Shown: one piece after another, positions 1-8,511 of the stretch
Layout: each line of letters starts with the position of its first letter
How positions within the stretch are numbered: the stretch's first letter is position 1
Source: a virus
Taxonomy: Duplodnaviria; Caudoviricetes
Strand: one strand, 5' to 3'
DNA length: 64,000 bases
IMG/VR virus record: IMGVR_UViG_3300020037_002148
Span: 1 to 64,000 of that record
Position numbers and translations under genes: made by a program
The notes under the pieces: model-generated
What the model saw: the letters and a program-made list of their open reading frames with translations, nothing else
Databases searched by the model: none
What the model was told of the DNA's origin: nothing

Positions 1-449
1 TAAAGATTTAAAAAGAATGATTACTAAATCTTTTGTCAAAGCTAATATACATCAACAACAAATAGAGGATAGTATGGCTAGTATTGGGCATGATATGTAA
101 TAAATAAACTAACTTTTAGAGAGTCTGCCTGAGATATATGGATTTCAAAAAGCAAAAACATTAGGGGAAATAGTAGAAATACAGACTAACCTTGAGAGTT
201 ACTTCAGAAACATATCAAAGTTTTAGGTGTAAAACACAATTATTATTAAGAATTATCTTTTTATTTGACGGGAGAAGAGAGCTGTAATTTGGTTCTCTTC
301 TTTTTATTCTATTAGTCTACTAAGTTGGTAGAGTATATAGAGTTTATAGTTTGTTGTATAGACTGGCATATCCATTCCCCTTTCTCCTCAAACATCTAAA
401 AATCATCAAAAATCACTAATTTTGTTAACATATATCAAATAAACTTAAA

Positions 450-662
450 ATGAAAAACTTAACACTCATATTATTAATACCTATTATATTTACAATAGGT
501 TTAATTATTCCTTTTCTATTTATATCTTTAATTGGATGTTTATGGAATTCTTATTTAGAAATAATATCAAATCAACATTGGTTTGCTTTATACACCATGT
601 TCTTTGGAATATGGTTTGCAGGAGCTCTCACTTTTACTTATGTTGAAGACTATATTGATTAA
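450..662 (+). CDS. Small membrane protein (2 predicted TM helices)
   Basis: ORF with two long hydrophobic stretches and an A-rich leader. Confidence 0.6.
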   Translation: MKNLTLILLIPIIFTIGLIIPFLFISLIGCLWNSYLEIISNQHWFALYTMFFGIWFAGALTFTYVEDYID

Positions 663-675
663 AAATCATTAAACT

Positions 676-1023
676 GGGGATAACAGGAATTGACAGCATT
701 AATAAGAAAAATAATCAGCAGAGCATTGTATAATTTGGCTCTTTAATCTTAAAATACACAACTTTTTTAAATGACAATATGTCAAAATCTGCAAGAATTG
801 CAGAAGGTGGTCGTGTTATAAACATGATCTTTAACCAAGAGTTAGTAGCAGCTTAGTAACAGAATAGCTACAATCCTATTTGCAAGTAATAGGTGGTGGA
901 ATTTGGACAAGTGAAATTCTTGTTCAACCCTTTAGATATTTAGTTGTGAAATTCATCTAAGAAGCTGTATAAATTATTTTTTGGAAGATTGTCTGGACAG
1001 GGGTTCAAATCCCCTTATCTCCA
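676..1023 (+). ncRNA. ssrA: tmRNA (no encoded CCA)
   Basis: Acceptor stem GGGGATA(676-682)/TATCTCC(1016-1022) with G3-U70 and discriminator A1023. 5' GAATTGAC motif, T-arm AGGGG-TTCAAAT-CCCCT, and an internal tag frame ending ...QELVAA-TAG-TAA (854-859). Confidence 0.93.
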
Positions 1024-1056
1024 CTACATATCTAACTTCATTAAAAACAACTAATT

Positions 1057-1326
1057 ATGATAACAAGAGAAGAATTAAATAAACACTTAGAGCCTAACTA
1101 TAAAGCTGTTGAAGAACTAGTTAAACAAGAAGAAAGTAAGAAAATTGATGAAATATTAGATTTAGCAGAGAAGTTACAAGAAGAATGTAAACAAACAGCA
1201 GATTTTGTATTTGAAAAAGCAAAAGATAATTCAAAAATGATTTATCAAGATGTTGTTAATGTTTTCATTTTTAAAAAGTTAGCAGAAATAATTCTAAAAC
1301 AAAACCATGAAAAAAATCTATTTTAA
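1057..1326 (+). CDS. Hypothetical early protein (helical)
   Basis: ORF track, A-rich start context. Confidence 0.6.
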   Translation: MITREELNKHLEPNYKAVEELVKQEESKKIDEILDLAEKLQEECKQTADFVFEKAKDNSKMIYQDVVNVFIFKKLAEIILKQNHEKNLF

Positions 1327-1483
1327 ATCAACACAAAATGCAAGAGATTTCATGTCTCTTTGCAAAAATAATAATATACAATATAATCTACCAACAGGTA
1401 AAGGATTATTAATGTGTATTGAAATACCAGATACATTTGAAAACATTAGTTTTTTATCAACTAATGGTTATAATATTGGTTAA
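1307..1483 (+). CDS. Small hypothetical protein (58 aa, not in ORF track)
   Basis: Manually translated MKKIYFKSTQNARDF...NGYNIG*; overlaps the end of the upstream gene. Confidence 0.5.
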   Translation: MKKIYFKSTQNARDFMSLCKNNNIQYNLPTGKGLLMCIEIPDTFENISFLSTNGYNIG

Positions 1484-1618
1484 TGGAGTTCCCAATTGCT
1501 AGGATTCCAAATTTCCAAAGCTTGAGTTATTTCAGTTAAGACTAATTTAAAGGGTCATAGATTTGGCTTAAAAGAAGCTTATAACTCTTGCTGAGGAAAT
1601 AAATAAAGTTATTACACT

Positions 1619-1690
1619 GGGTGGTTCTTCTAATTGGTTAAGAAATTAGATTTTATCTTTTGAATAGTAGTTCGACTCTGCTACCATCCT
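1619..1690 (+). pseudogene. Degenerate tRNA (probably ex tRNA-Lys UUU)
   Basis: Acceptor GGGTGGT/ACCATCC, D-stem TTCT/AGAA around AATTGGTTA, T-arm AGTAG-TTCGACT-CTGCT. The anticodon loop is only 5 nt (TTTTA) with a weakened stem. Confidence 0.7.
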
Positions 1691-1809
1691 TTGTAATAAT
1701 GATTAAATTATACTAAAAAATTATTATCCTAAAACACTTAAACAAGGTCTCAATAACATGGGAATAGTGAAAAATGGGAAATAACATTTCTACTATACTT
1801 AAATGTATA

Positions 1810-1879
1810 AATTGTTGTGAGTAAATTGAGGAATAAAAATACTCCTGCTCTAAAGTACAGCGTTTGTCTTACAACAATT
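1810..1879 (+). ncRNA. Intergenic structured element (12-bp closing stem)
   Basis: AATTGTTGTGAG(1810-1821)/CTTACAACAATT(1868-1879), with inner helices. Confidence 0.45.
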
Positions 1880-1921
1880 GTAGAAATGTTTATTTTATTA
1901 GAAAATTAAAACTTAAACTTT

Positions 1922-2659
1922 ATGAAAGAAAACAAGTTAACTGTAATAGGCAGTAAATCCTATCAAAAATGTGAAATAATTATGTTAGCTACTGAAAAAG
2001 CACAATTAAATGCATTGTGCTTAACAGCAAGTTCTAAATTAATTTTACTTGATGGTAAAGATTGGGAAACTGTCAACAACGTTGCTGGTTTTAGACCTCA
2101 ACATCTTTACATCCTATCTTCAGAAGAGATAAAAGAAGGTGAGTGGTGTTATCACTCAGAAGTAGGTCAAGAGTGTACTATTGTAGATACAAGAAAAGAA
2201 GGAAATGATAGATATTCTAAAGGACAACATCCAGCACAAGGAATATTCAAATATAAAGAAACTACTAATACTTGGTACAAAAAATGTAAAAAAATCATAG
2301 CTACAACAGATAGTTCTTTATTAATAGATATTGTTAAAGGTGAAATTTTTGCAGTAGGTACTAAATTACCAAGACCATCAGATGATTTTCTAAAAGCTTT
2401 TGTTAAAGCACAAGGAAAAATTGATAAAGTGTTGGTTGAGTATGTAGATTGGTGTGATTATGATAATGAAATTGGATTAGATAAACCAGATTTAAGACTT
2501 AAAGTAGCACCTGATAATACAATAACTATTAAACCTATTCAAGAAGAAAAAGTTTCTTGGAATAAAGAAGAAATTATTCAATTAATTGTTAATGCAATAT
2601 ATTATGGTATTGATACAAATGGTAACTTATCTGATAAATGGATTGAACAAAATTTATAA
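1922..2659 (+). CDS. Hypothetical protein
   Basis: 245-aa ORF with phage-like codon usage. Confidence 0.75.
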   Translation: MKENKLTVIGSKSYQKCEIIMLATEKAQLNALCLTASSKLILLDGKDWETVNNVAGFRPQHLYILSSEEIKEGEWCYHSEVGQECTIVDTRKEGNDRYSKGQHPAQGIFKYKETTNTWYKKCKKIIATTDSSLLIDIVKGEIFAVGTKLPRPSDDFLKAFVKAQGKIDKVLVEYVDWCDYDNEIGLDKPDLRLKVAPDNTITIKPIQEEKVSWNKEEIIQLIVNAIYYGIDTNGNLSDKWIEQNL

Positions 2660-2676
2660 CAAATAAACAACTAATT

Positions 2677-2985
2677 ATGATCTGGATAACAACAACAAAA
2701 AATTACATTACAATGCCTCAAATGTCAATAGTACATCTTGAAAATTGTATTAAACATATTACAGCTACACATAAACCAAATGATAAAATCTATGGTTATA
2801 AAGCTGAAACATGGTGTAAAGAAATGTATAAAGAGCTAAATAATAGAAAAATAGCTCAATTAGAAAATTTAAAAACTGATTTAAGTGCTATGAATAAACA
2901 ATTATTAGCACAATTCAATGCTTGTAATGATGAAATTAAATTGCTTAAAGAAAATAACAACAAATGGAATAAATATCCTTTTTAA
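2677..2985 (+). CDS. Hypothetical protein (C-terminal coiled coil)
   Basis: ORF track. Confidence 0.65.
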   Translation: MIWITTTKNYITMPQMSIVHLENCIKHITATHKPNDKIYGYKAETWCKEMYKELNNRKIAQLENLKTDLSAMNKQLLAQFNACNDEIKLLKENNNKWNKYPF

Positions 2986-2992
2986 TTCTAAG

Positions 2993-3079
2993 GTATTCTT
3001 TGTGATAATAGGTTTAATAAGCACAAATTATTGTCTCCGCATATTGCTAAATTATAAATTTAGCTATCACAGAGAATAC
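2993..3079 (+). ncRNA. Intergenic structured element (15-bp closing stem)
   Basis: GTATTCTTTGTGATA/TATCACAGAGAATAC (one G-U) enclosing the hairpin GCTAAAT-TATAA-ATTTAGC. Confidence 0.55.
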
Positions 3080-3128
3080 TGAAGAAAATATAACCACTTG
3101 TCGTTTAAACAAGTATGGTTAATCCAAG

Positions 3129-3313
3129 ACAATTCTGTTGTAAAATAATATGTTGTTCCTGATTTAGTAACACCTTTAGGTAAAACTAAAATGAGATGAA
3201 GGAAATATAGAAGGTTAGACTGAATTAAAAGAAGGGAATGTTGGAGTCAGTTCACAAAGAGTTCCTTACTTCTACAACATAAATAAATTCTCATTATTTT
3301 TACAATAGATTGT
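3129..3313 (+). ncRNA. Intergenic multi-branched structured RNA (about 185 nt)
   Basis: About 20-bp bulged closing stem 3129-3149/3293-3313; inner ATGTTGT/ACAACAT, AAGGAA/TTCCTT and GACTGA/TCAGTT. Confidence 0.55.
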
Positions 3314-3347
3314 TGAGGATATTTTTAAAATTTTAAAAAATTAAAAG

Positions 3348-3698
3348 ATGAAACTATTAAATTACATTTTAACACTATTATTAGTGTTTTTATTAGCATT
3401 AAGTTCTAAATCAAAAGATTTTAATGTATCCTACTATTATGAAGAAAAACCTAATAATGAATTAGTTAGAAAAGATACTTCTCTTTTAATTTCATTACAA
3501 GGAGCTATTATAAAAATAGGTGATGAAGTTTTTATTTCTGAAAAAAGAAAATGTTATTTTTCAATAGAAGATTACATGATTTTTGATGAATATAAAATAG
3601 ACAAAACTAAAATAACTTTTAATTTAGATCCTGATGACGGAAACATATTACAAGTTGAATTTAAAGTAAATGAGAAAATTTATTATTATAGAAAATAA
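3348..3698 (+). CDS. Putative exported protein with Sec signal peptide
   Basis: N-terminus MKLLNYILTLLLVFLLALSSKS followed by a beta-rich polar domain. Confidence 0.65.
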   Translation: MKLLNYILTLLLVFLLALSSKSKDFNVSYYYEEKPNNELVRKDTSLLISLQGAIIKIGDEVFISEKRKCYFSIEDYMIFDEYKIDKTKITFNLDPDDGNILQVEFKVNEKIYYYRK

Positions 3699-3868
3699 AA
3701 GTTGATTGAGATGTGTGTAGAGTATAGGTAATTTATTTTTATCTATACTCATTATTTATAAAATAAGTCTACATTAAATTCTCGTATATAACCTCTTTTT
3801 AAAAGACAATGTCTAAGTTTTGTGGGAGCAATCAAAACTTCTATTTTTTAACAATAAAACAAACAATC

Positions 3869-4018
3869 ATGAAAAAAATTAAATTGACAATGCAGGAATT
3901 CTATAATGAATTCATTTCATTAGCTAAATCTGAAAATGTTCAGTATTTTTATGAAAGAAGTAAAAGTAACATGAAAGTTACAGTTAGTAAAGAATTTTGT
4001 GAAAAATTTAACTATTAA
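3869..4018 (+). CDS. Small hypothetical protein (start re-called to ATG 3869)
   Basis: AAACAATC-ATG start context, in frame with the track ORF 3809. Confidence 0.55.
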   Translation: MKKIKLTMQEFYNEFISLAKSENVQYFYERSKSNMKVTVSKEFCEKFNY

Positions 4019-4021
4019 ACT

Positions 4022-4210
4022 ATGATCTATTGTATAATAGCATTTATAAGTGTATTTGCATTCTTAATGATTTTATTAGTAATAAATACAAAAAGTACAA
4101 GAAGAAGAATAGTTAAATCTTATCACATGGAAATGGAACCTATAAAGTTTAAACCACAAGAAATTAACTATGAACTGAATGAAAGTGATGTTCAACAATT
4201 AATTAATTAA
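4022..4210 (+). CDS. Small single-pass membrane protein
   Basis: N-terminal hydrophobic helix followed by basic residues. Confidence 0.6.
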   Translation: MIYCIIAFISVFAFLMILLVINTKSTRRRIVKSYHMEMEPIKFKPQEINYELNESDVQQLIN

Positions 4211-4225
4211 ACAAAAATTTTAAAA

Positions 4226-4714
4226 ATGTCAACAAAAACAAAAGCAGTAGCTAAAACAAACACAACAACAGCAATTTCAGCTCCTAAAACAGCAAAAGAT
4301 GTACCAGCAACAATTGAATTTTTAAAAGCTCAATTAACACAATTAAAAGGTAATGCAGAAGAAAAAATATCCTTAGATATTTCTTACAATGGTCAAAAGA
4401 TCAAAGATGTTGATACTGTTAAAGAACTATTAGAAATTTCAGCATCTTTACATGCAAGAGAAGCAGCATATAATGCTGAAGTTGTAAGATATGGCTTAGA
4501 AAGTGCAAATATTCAACCATTTTCTCAAGAAGGTAAATCTCTTGAAGAATGGAAGAAAATTATTGCTAAAGCTATTCATGAATTAATCAATAGCAAACAA
4601 ATTCAGAAAATTGAAAATGCTATTAAAGAATTATCTAAACATCTTGATGCAGAAACACAATTAGCTAATACATTAGCAAGTGTTATGGAAGGTGCTATGG
4701 AATTTGTGAAATAA
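4226..4714 (+). CDS. Hypothetical helical protein
   Basis: ORF with a downstream terminator. Confidence 0.75.
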   Translation: MSTKTKAVAKTNTTTAISAPKTAKDVPATIEFLKAQLTQLKGNAEEKISLDISYNGQKIKDVDTVKELLEISASLHAREAAYNAEVVRYGLESANIQPFSQEGKSLEEWKKIIAKAIHELINSKQIQKIENAIKELSKHLDAETQLANTLASVMEGAMEFVK

Positions 4715-4727
4715 ATTATTTTAAATA

Positions 4728-4754
4728 GGGAATGGTAGAAATACCATTCCTTTT
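4728..4754 (+). terminator. Intrinsic terminator
   Basis: GGAATGGTA-GAAA-TACCATTCC-TTTT. Confidence 0.85.
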
Positions 4755-4766
4755 AATTTTATCATT

Positions 4767-4979
4767 ATGTATAAAGAAACAGATAATTTAATTGGTATTA
4801 AATTTCATCCTAGTAATAGCAAGAAAGATGTATATGAAGTAATTAATTATACTACTATAAAATCATTAAATAATAAAAACGAATATAATGGTTATACTAT
4901 AAGTAAAATGCTAAGATATTTTAATAATAAAGACTGGAGAATTATTTCATCACCAAATATAATTCACGAAGTATGGTAA
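4767..4979 (+). CDS. Hypothetical protein ending ...IIHEVW
   Basis: ORF track; C-terminal motif shared with the next gene. Confidence 0.6.
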   Translation: MYKETDNLIGIKFHPSNSKKDVYEVINYTTIKSLNNKNEYNGYTISKMLRYFNNKDWRIISSPNIIHEVW

Positions 4980-5233
4980 GAAGTGATTGTAAACCAGGAA
5001 TTATATATTATGCTTCTTGGAATAATGATAAATATAGATGTATTTTTAATGATAAACATGGTATAGACTCAGATAATATATATCATAAACAAAATACTAG
5101 TGAATGGTGTAATATTAGTGATAATTTATTTATAAGAGAAGCCACATCTGATGAAATTAATCAATTAAATAATTGTATTAAATTAGGAAAATATGTTGAA
5201 TTATCTAAAAACACTGTTCACGAACTTTGGTAA
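4973..5233 (+). CDS. Hypothetical protein ending ...TVHELW
   Basis: ORF track; C-terminal motif shared with the previous gene. Confidence 0.6.
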   Translation: MVRSDCKPGIIYYASWNNDKYRCIFNDKHGIDSDNIYHKQNTSEWCNISDNLFIREATSDEINQLNNCIKLGKYVELSKNTVHELW

Positions 5234-5234
5234 A

Positions 5235-5369
5235 ATGACACAAGAACAATTAAAACTATTTTATTTATTACTTGAAAAGAAGAATTCTTGGGGTAAAAAT
5301 GAAATTAAAAAACTATTATTAGAAATTACTTCTAATATTATTACAAAAGAAGAAGATTATTCAAATTAA
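5235..5369 (+). CDS. Small hypothetical protein (44 aa)
   Basis: Manual translation MTQEQLKLF...EEDYSN*; fills the gap between packed genes. Confidence 0.5.
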   Translation: MTQEQLKLFYLLLEKKNSWGKNEIKKLLLEITSNIITKEEDYSN

Positions 5370-5381
5370 AACTAAACAATC

Positions 5382-5720
5382 ATGAACAAACCTTATGTAA
5401 AACAATTTTACAAAGATGGAAATATTACAAATCCTATAATAGGAAAGTATGAATCCAAAGTATTTCTAGGTACTAGAAAAGTGGTTGATGAACTTCAACA
5501 AACTAAATATGTAGAAATGTTCTTTCCTAATAGACAGGAAAGAAAGAATTTGAATGCTAAACAGCATTCAGAGTTATATGCTTTAAGAGATCAATATTTA
5601 AAGCATTTGAAAAAAGAAAAACAAGGAATTAAAGATTATATATTGTCTTTAAAACAAAATACCAAATCAGTATTTGGTAATTTCTTAGCAAAATTTAATA
5701 AAGCTAAATTAGCTATTTAA
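5382..5720 (+). CDS. Hypothetical protein
   Basis: ORF track. Confidence 0.65.
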   Translation: MNKPYVKQFYKDGNITNPIIGKYESKVFLGTRKVVDELQQTKYVEMFFPNRQERKNLNAKQHSELYALRDQYLKHLKKEKQGIKDYILSLKQNTKSVFGNFLAKFNKAKLAI

Positions 5721-5724
5721 AAAC

Positions 5725-6081
5725 ATGTTACAAAAAGGAAGAATCCTTCTGACTGTTTACACAGAGGAAGGCTTTCACTCAAGAGTGGAAGGAGTAGGGT
5801 TTAATAAAAAAAGACCTTACAAAAATTATGAAACAAAAGATGGAATTTGTAAAGGTAGAATACCAGATCAAAGAGAATATGTTTCTTATTCTCAATCAAA
5901 AGTGAGAACAACAATTCTACCTGAAAAAACATTAGAGTATTTTCAATCAAATGAAAGTAAACCTCATAAATATTGTAAAGAGAAAAATGAATGGGCTAGA
6001 ATGAAACCTGGTCAGAAATTATTCTATAATTTACAACAATTAGCTGAAGGTAAAAGATTTGAATATTCTATCTTTGAATAA
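5725..6081 (+). CDS. Hypothetical protein
   Basis: ORF track; followed by a terminator. Confidence 0.65.
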   Translation: MLQKGRILLTVYTEEGFHSRVEGVGFNKKRPYKNYETKDGICKGRIPDQREYVSYSQSKVRTTILPEKTLEYFQSNESKPHKYCKEKNEWARMKPGQKLFYNLQQLAEGKRFEYSIFE

Positions 6082-6086
6082 TATAG

Positions 6087-6114
6087 GAGGGAGAGAAATC
6101 TTCCTCATTTTTAA
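6087..6114 (+). terminator. Intrinsic terminator
   Basis: GAGGGAGA-GAAA-TCTTCCTC followed by a T-rich tract. Confidence 0.7.
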
Positions 6115-6129
6115 TTTTAAATAAGTATT

Positions 6130-6300
6130 ATGAAAGAATATCATATAACATTTGTAAAGAAAAATACTAATGTAGCTACAGGTAAAAAATATGAAGCTGT
6201 AGATGCTATTGGAGCTTTAATAAAATTTAATGATGAATTTGGAGATGATGTTGTATTTTTATACATAGCATCAGAAGAAATGTTTAATTATAAGTATTGA
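6130..6300 (+). CDS. Small hypothetical protein (56 aa)
   Basis: Manual translation MKEYHITFV...MFNYKY*. Confidence 0.5.
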   Translation: MKEYHITFVKKNTNVATGKKYEAVDAIGALIKFNDEFGDDVVFLYIASEEMFNYKY

Positions 6301-6464
6301 AAATAAAGTGATTATTACGGAGCAGAGATTTATTCTTTGAAGGTGTTTCAAAATAATTTAAATGGTAAATTGGTTCACATTCAGCTTTAAATTTATAAAT
6401 CTATAATAAAGGACACATTATAGAAATTGAGGGTTTGTTTTAGTTTAGTTTTATAGGTTAGTGT

Positions 6465-6596
6465 AGTCCAGCTAACTTTAATTTTTTAGGAATACATAAA
6501 ATACATCAATAATCAACAAAATGTATTTATACATTTAAATGTTGGACTTAGGTATATAGTTAACAAAAAGAATATACTGGAAAGAGTATTCCTAAA
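6465..6596 (+). ncRNA. Candidate pseudoknotted ncRNA
   Basis: Crossing helices AGTCCAGC(6465-72)/GTTGGACT(6541-48) and TTTAGGAATAC(6485-95)/GTATTCCTAAA(6586-96), plus two inner hairpins. Confidence 0.5.
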
Positions 6597-6601
6597 TTTG
6601 T

Positions 6602-6636
6602 GCCTATTATGAAGTAATTTGTAATAGGCTTTTTTT
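6602..6636 (+). terminator. Intrinsic terminator
   Basis: GCCTATTAT...GTAATAGGC-TTTTTTT. Confidence 0.8.
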
Positions 6637-6847
6637 AAAATAATTATATGAAGAAGAAATTAAATTTCTAACTCCATTATATAAGTTCTTTAACATATTT
6701 AATTAAATTCAGGAAGGCAACCTTAAAATGCTGTTTAATTAAAGTTTGTGTCAGTAAAGACATTAAAATCAGGTTTCAAATGAGTTGAATTATCACCTTA
6801 AGGATGAAGTAGACAATTAGTATTTTTTAGAATTAAATAGAAATAAA

Positions 6848-7396
6848 ATGGCAAAGAACATTAAAGAAACGTTTGCAGCACAATTAGCTGGTGGGAAAGT
6901 AATAATCACAGACATCTTGGATACAAATAATCCAGATCAAAAAAGAATTGAAGTAGCACAATTAGTAAAAGGTGATGCACCTAACTTAATTGGTATTTTA
7001 CAGAAACAATCTAATGGTACTACATTAGTAGCATGGATGCCTGTATTAACTTCAATGGTTAAAGAAAAAGGTTTTAAAGTTGGTGGTGAATTGGATGGAT
7101 TTTTAGCTACAGAATTAGCTGGAGCTACTACTAATATCCAAGTAGAAGAAAGTGTTAAACCTTTCACTTGGGTAGATGAAGATGATAAAGTGAGAGTAAA
7201 CAGAAATGCTAAGATGAATAAATCTGGTGAAGAAGGTAAATACTTAACCAATGGTGGTAATTATATCTTCAGACAAACATCTTTAGTTACTGGAACACCT
7301 AATAATGTGAAAGTACAACATGATGATATGATTGAAGAAGCTCCTAATTATGATGTTTTAGAAGCATCATTGCAAGCAACTGCAATAGCACAATAA
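6848..7396 (+). CDS. Hypothetical beta-rich protein, stand-alone transcription unit
   Basis: 182-aa ORF flanked by a long non-coding region and a strong terminator. Confidence 0.75.
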   Translation: MAKNIKETFAAQLAGGKVIITDILDTNNPDQKRIEVAQLVKGDAPNLIGILQKQSNGTTLVAWMPVLTSMVKEKGFKVGGELDGFLATELAGATTNIQVEESVKPFTWVDEDDKVRVNRNAKMNKSGEEGKYLTNGGNYIFRQTSLVTGTPNNVKVQHDDMIEEAPNYDVLEASLQATAIAQ

Positions 7397-7412
7397 TTAA
7401 TGTTAAATTAGC

Positions 7413-7448
7413 GAGGATAGAGGTAAAACTCTATCCTCTTTTTATTTT
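7413..7448 (+). terminator. Intrinsic terminator
   Basis: GAGGATAGAG-GTAAAA-CTCTATCCTC followed by a T tract. Confidence 0.9.
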
Positions 7449-7469
7449 TAGAAAATGTAAATAACGTAA

Positions 7470-7928
7470 ATGAGAATTAAACTATCCGAGTGTGAGGCTA
7501 AGCCTGAGAAAATAACCGCAATAGAAAACTATTGTAAAAAGAATGATAAATTACTAGCATTGAGAGATATGAAACAGAGATTATTAGCTGTAGGATTATC
7601 AATTAAAAGTCTACAAACATCTAAATCCAAAGAAGGATTTAATCATTATAATGTAATTTATAAAGAGATACCTGTAGCAAAGACTTTAGGTGATAAATAT
7701 ATCACTGAAGCAAAATATATAGAATTAAAAAATAATAACTTTCTTGAGCGTAATCCAATATATGATGTATATATTTGTGTATATGAAGGTATGATTACAC
7801 ATGAGAAAGTGCAAGATAATACAAGAGAACAATATTGGTATAAATGTTATGAATATTTTAGAAAATATACAGATAGATTTTCAATTTTTGATCTTATAAA
7901 TAAAACAAATGAAAAAGGTAGAATATAA
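7470..7928 (+). CDS. Hypothetical protein
   Basis: ORF track. Confidence 0.65.
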   Translation: MRIKLSECEAKPEKITAIENYCKKNDKLLALRDMKQRLLAVGLSIKSLQTSKSKEGFNHYNVIYKEIPVAKTLGDKYITEAKYIELKNNNFLERNPIYDVYICVYEGMITHEKVQDNTREQYWYKCYEYFRKYTDRFSIFDLINKTNEKGRI

Positions 7929-8511
7929 AGAGTTATTTAAAGCTAATGCTATTTATAAGAAAATACCTAAAGAAAAGATAATTTCTTTATATTTAGATTG
8001 GAAAGATGAATCTACTTATATTGGTAAAGGTAAAATATTATCAATAGTGGATAGTAAACCTATAATATTTATAGATAATCCTCTAATTAAAAATGGAAGT
8101 TTATATTTTGAACCGAAGAAATGTTTGTGTGAAATAATTGAAAGTGAAGAGTTTGAAAAAGGCTTTAAGAAGCACTTTATTGTACCATTTAAGCTAACAA
8201 GAAAGACAGCTAATGAAATACTATTAAAAGAAGAAAGAACCTTTAATAAAGTGTCTAACTCAAGCGAATTTAAAAGTAGTATAATTTCAAGAGCATTGAG
8301 TTATAATAACTCTTTAGTAGACTCTATTGAAGAAATAGAATTAGCAAGTGAAGTGAATATTTTATTTAAAACACAACGTATTACAGGTGAAAAATATATA
8401 GAAATAAAAAAAAGATTAAACAGTAATTTAGAAAAAAGACAATTAAATATTGATAAAACTTTTGATAGATTATATCCTGAAAAAGCTAAAAGATTAAAAC
8501 ATGCAGTATGA
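7909..8511 (+). CDS. Hypothetical protein
   Basis: ORF track; overlaps the PolB start (ATGA). Confidence 0.65.
   Translation: MKKVEYKELFKANAIYKKIPKEKIISLYLDWKDESTYIGKGKILSIVDSKPIIFIDNPLIKNGSLYFEPKKCLCEIIESEEFEKGFKKHFIVPFKLTRKTANEILLKEERTFNKVSNSSEFKSSIISRALSYNNSLVDSIEEIELASEVNILFKTQRITGEKYIEIKKRLNSNLEKRQLNIDKTFDRLYPEKAKRLKHAV

Noticed and set aside
170-1796. 11-nt complementarity between 170-180 and 1786-1796 enclosing the tmRNA and tRNA
   Set aside because: AT-rich and short, and 1786-1796 has a local partner at 1764-1772; likely chance.
3631-3643. Hammerhead-like CTGATGA...GAAA
   Set aside because: Only 2 nt lie between the motifs (no stem II), and the site is inside a coding region.
328-3726. 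GTAGAGTATA at 328-337 and 3717-3726 as a phage promoter
   Set aside because: Only two copies, and the second is part of a hairpin; insufficient for a consensus.
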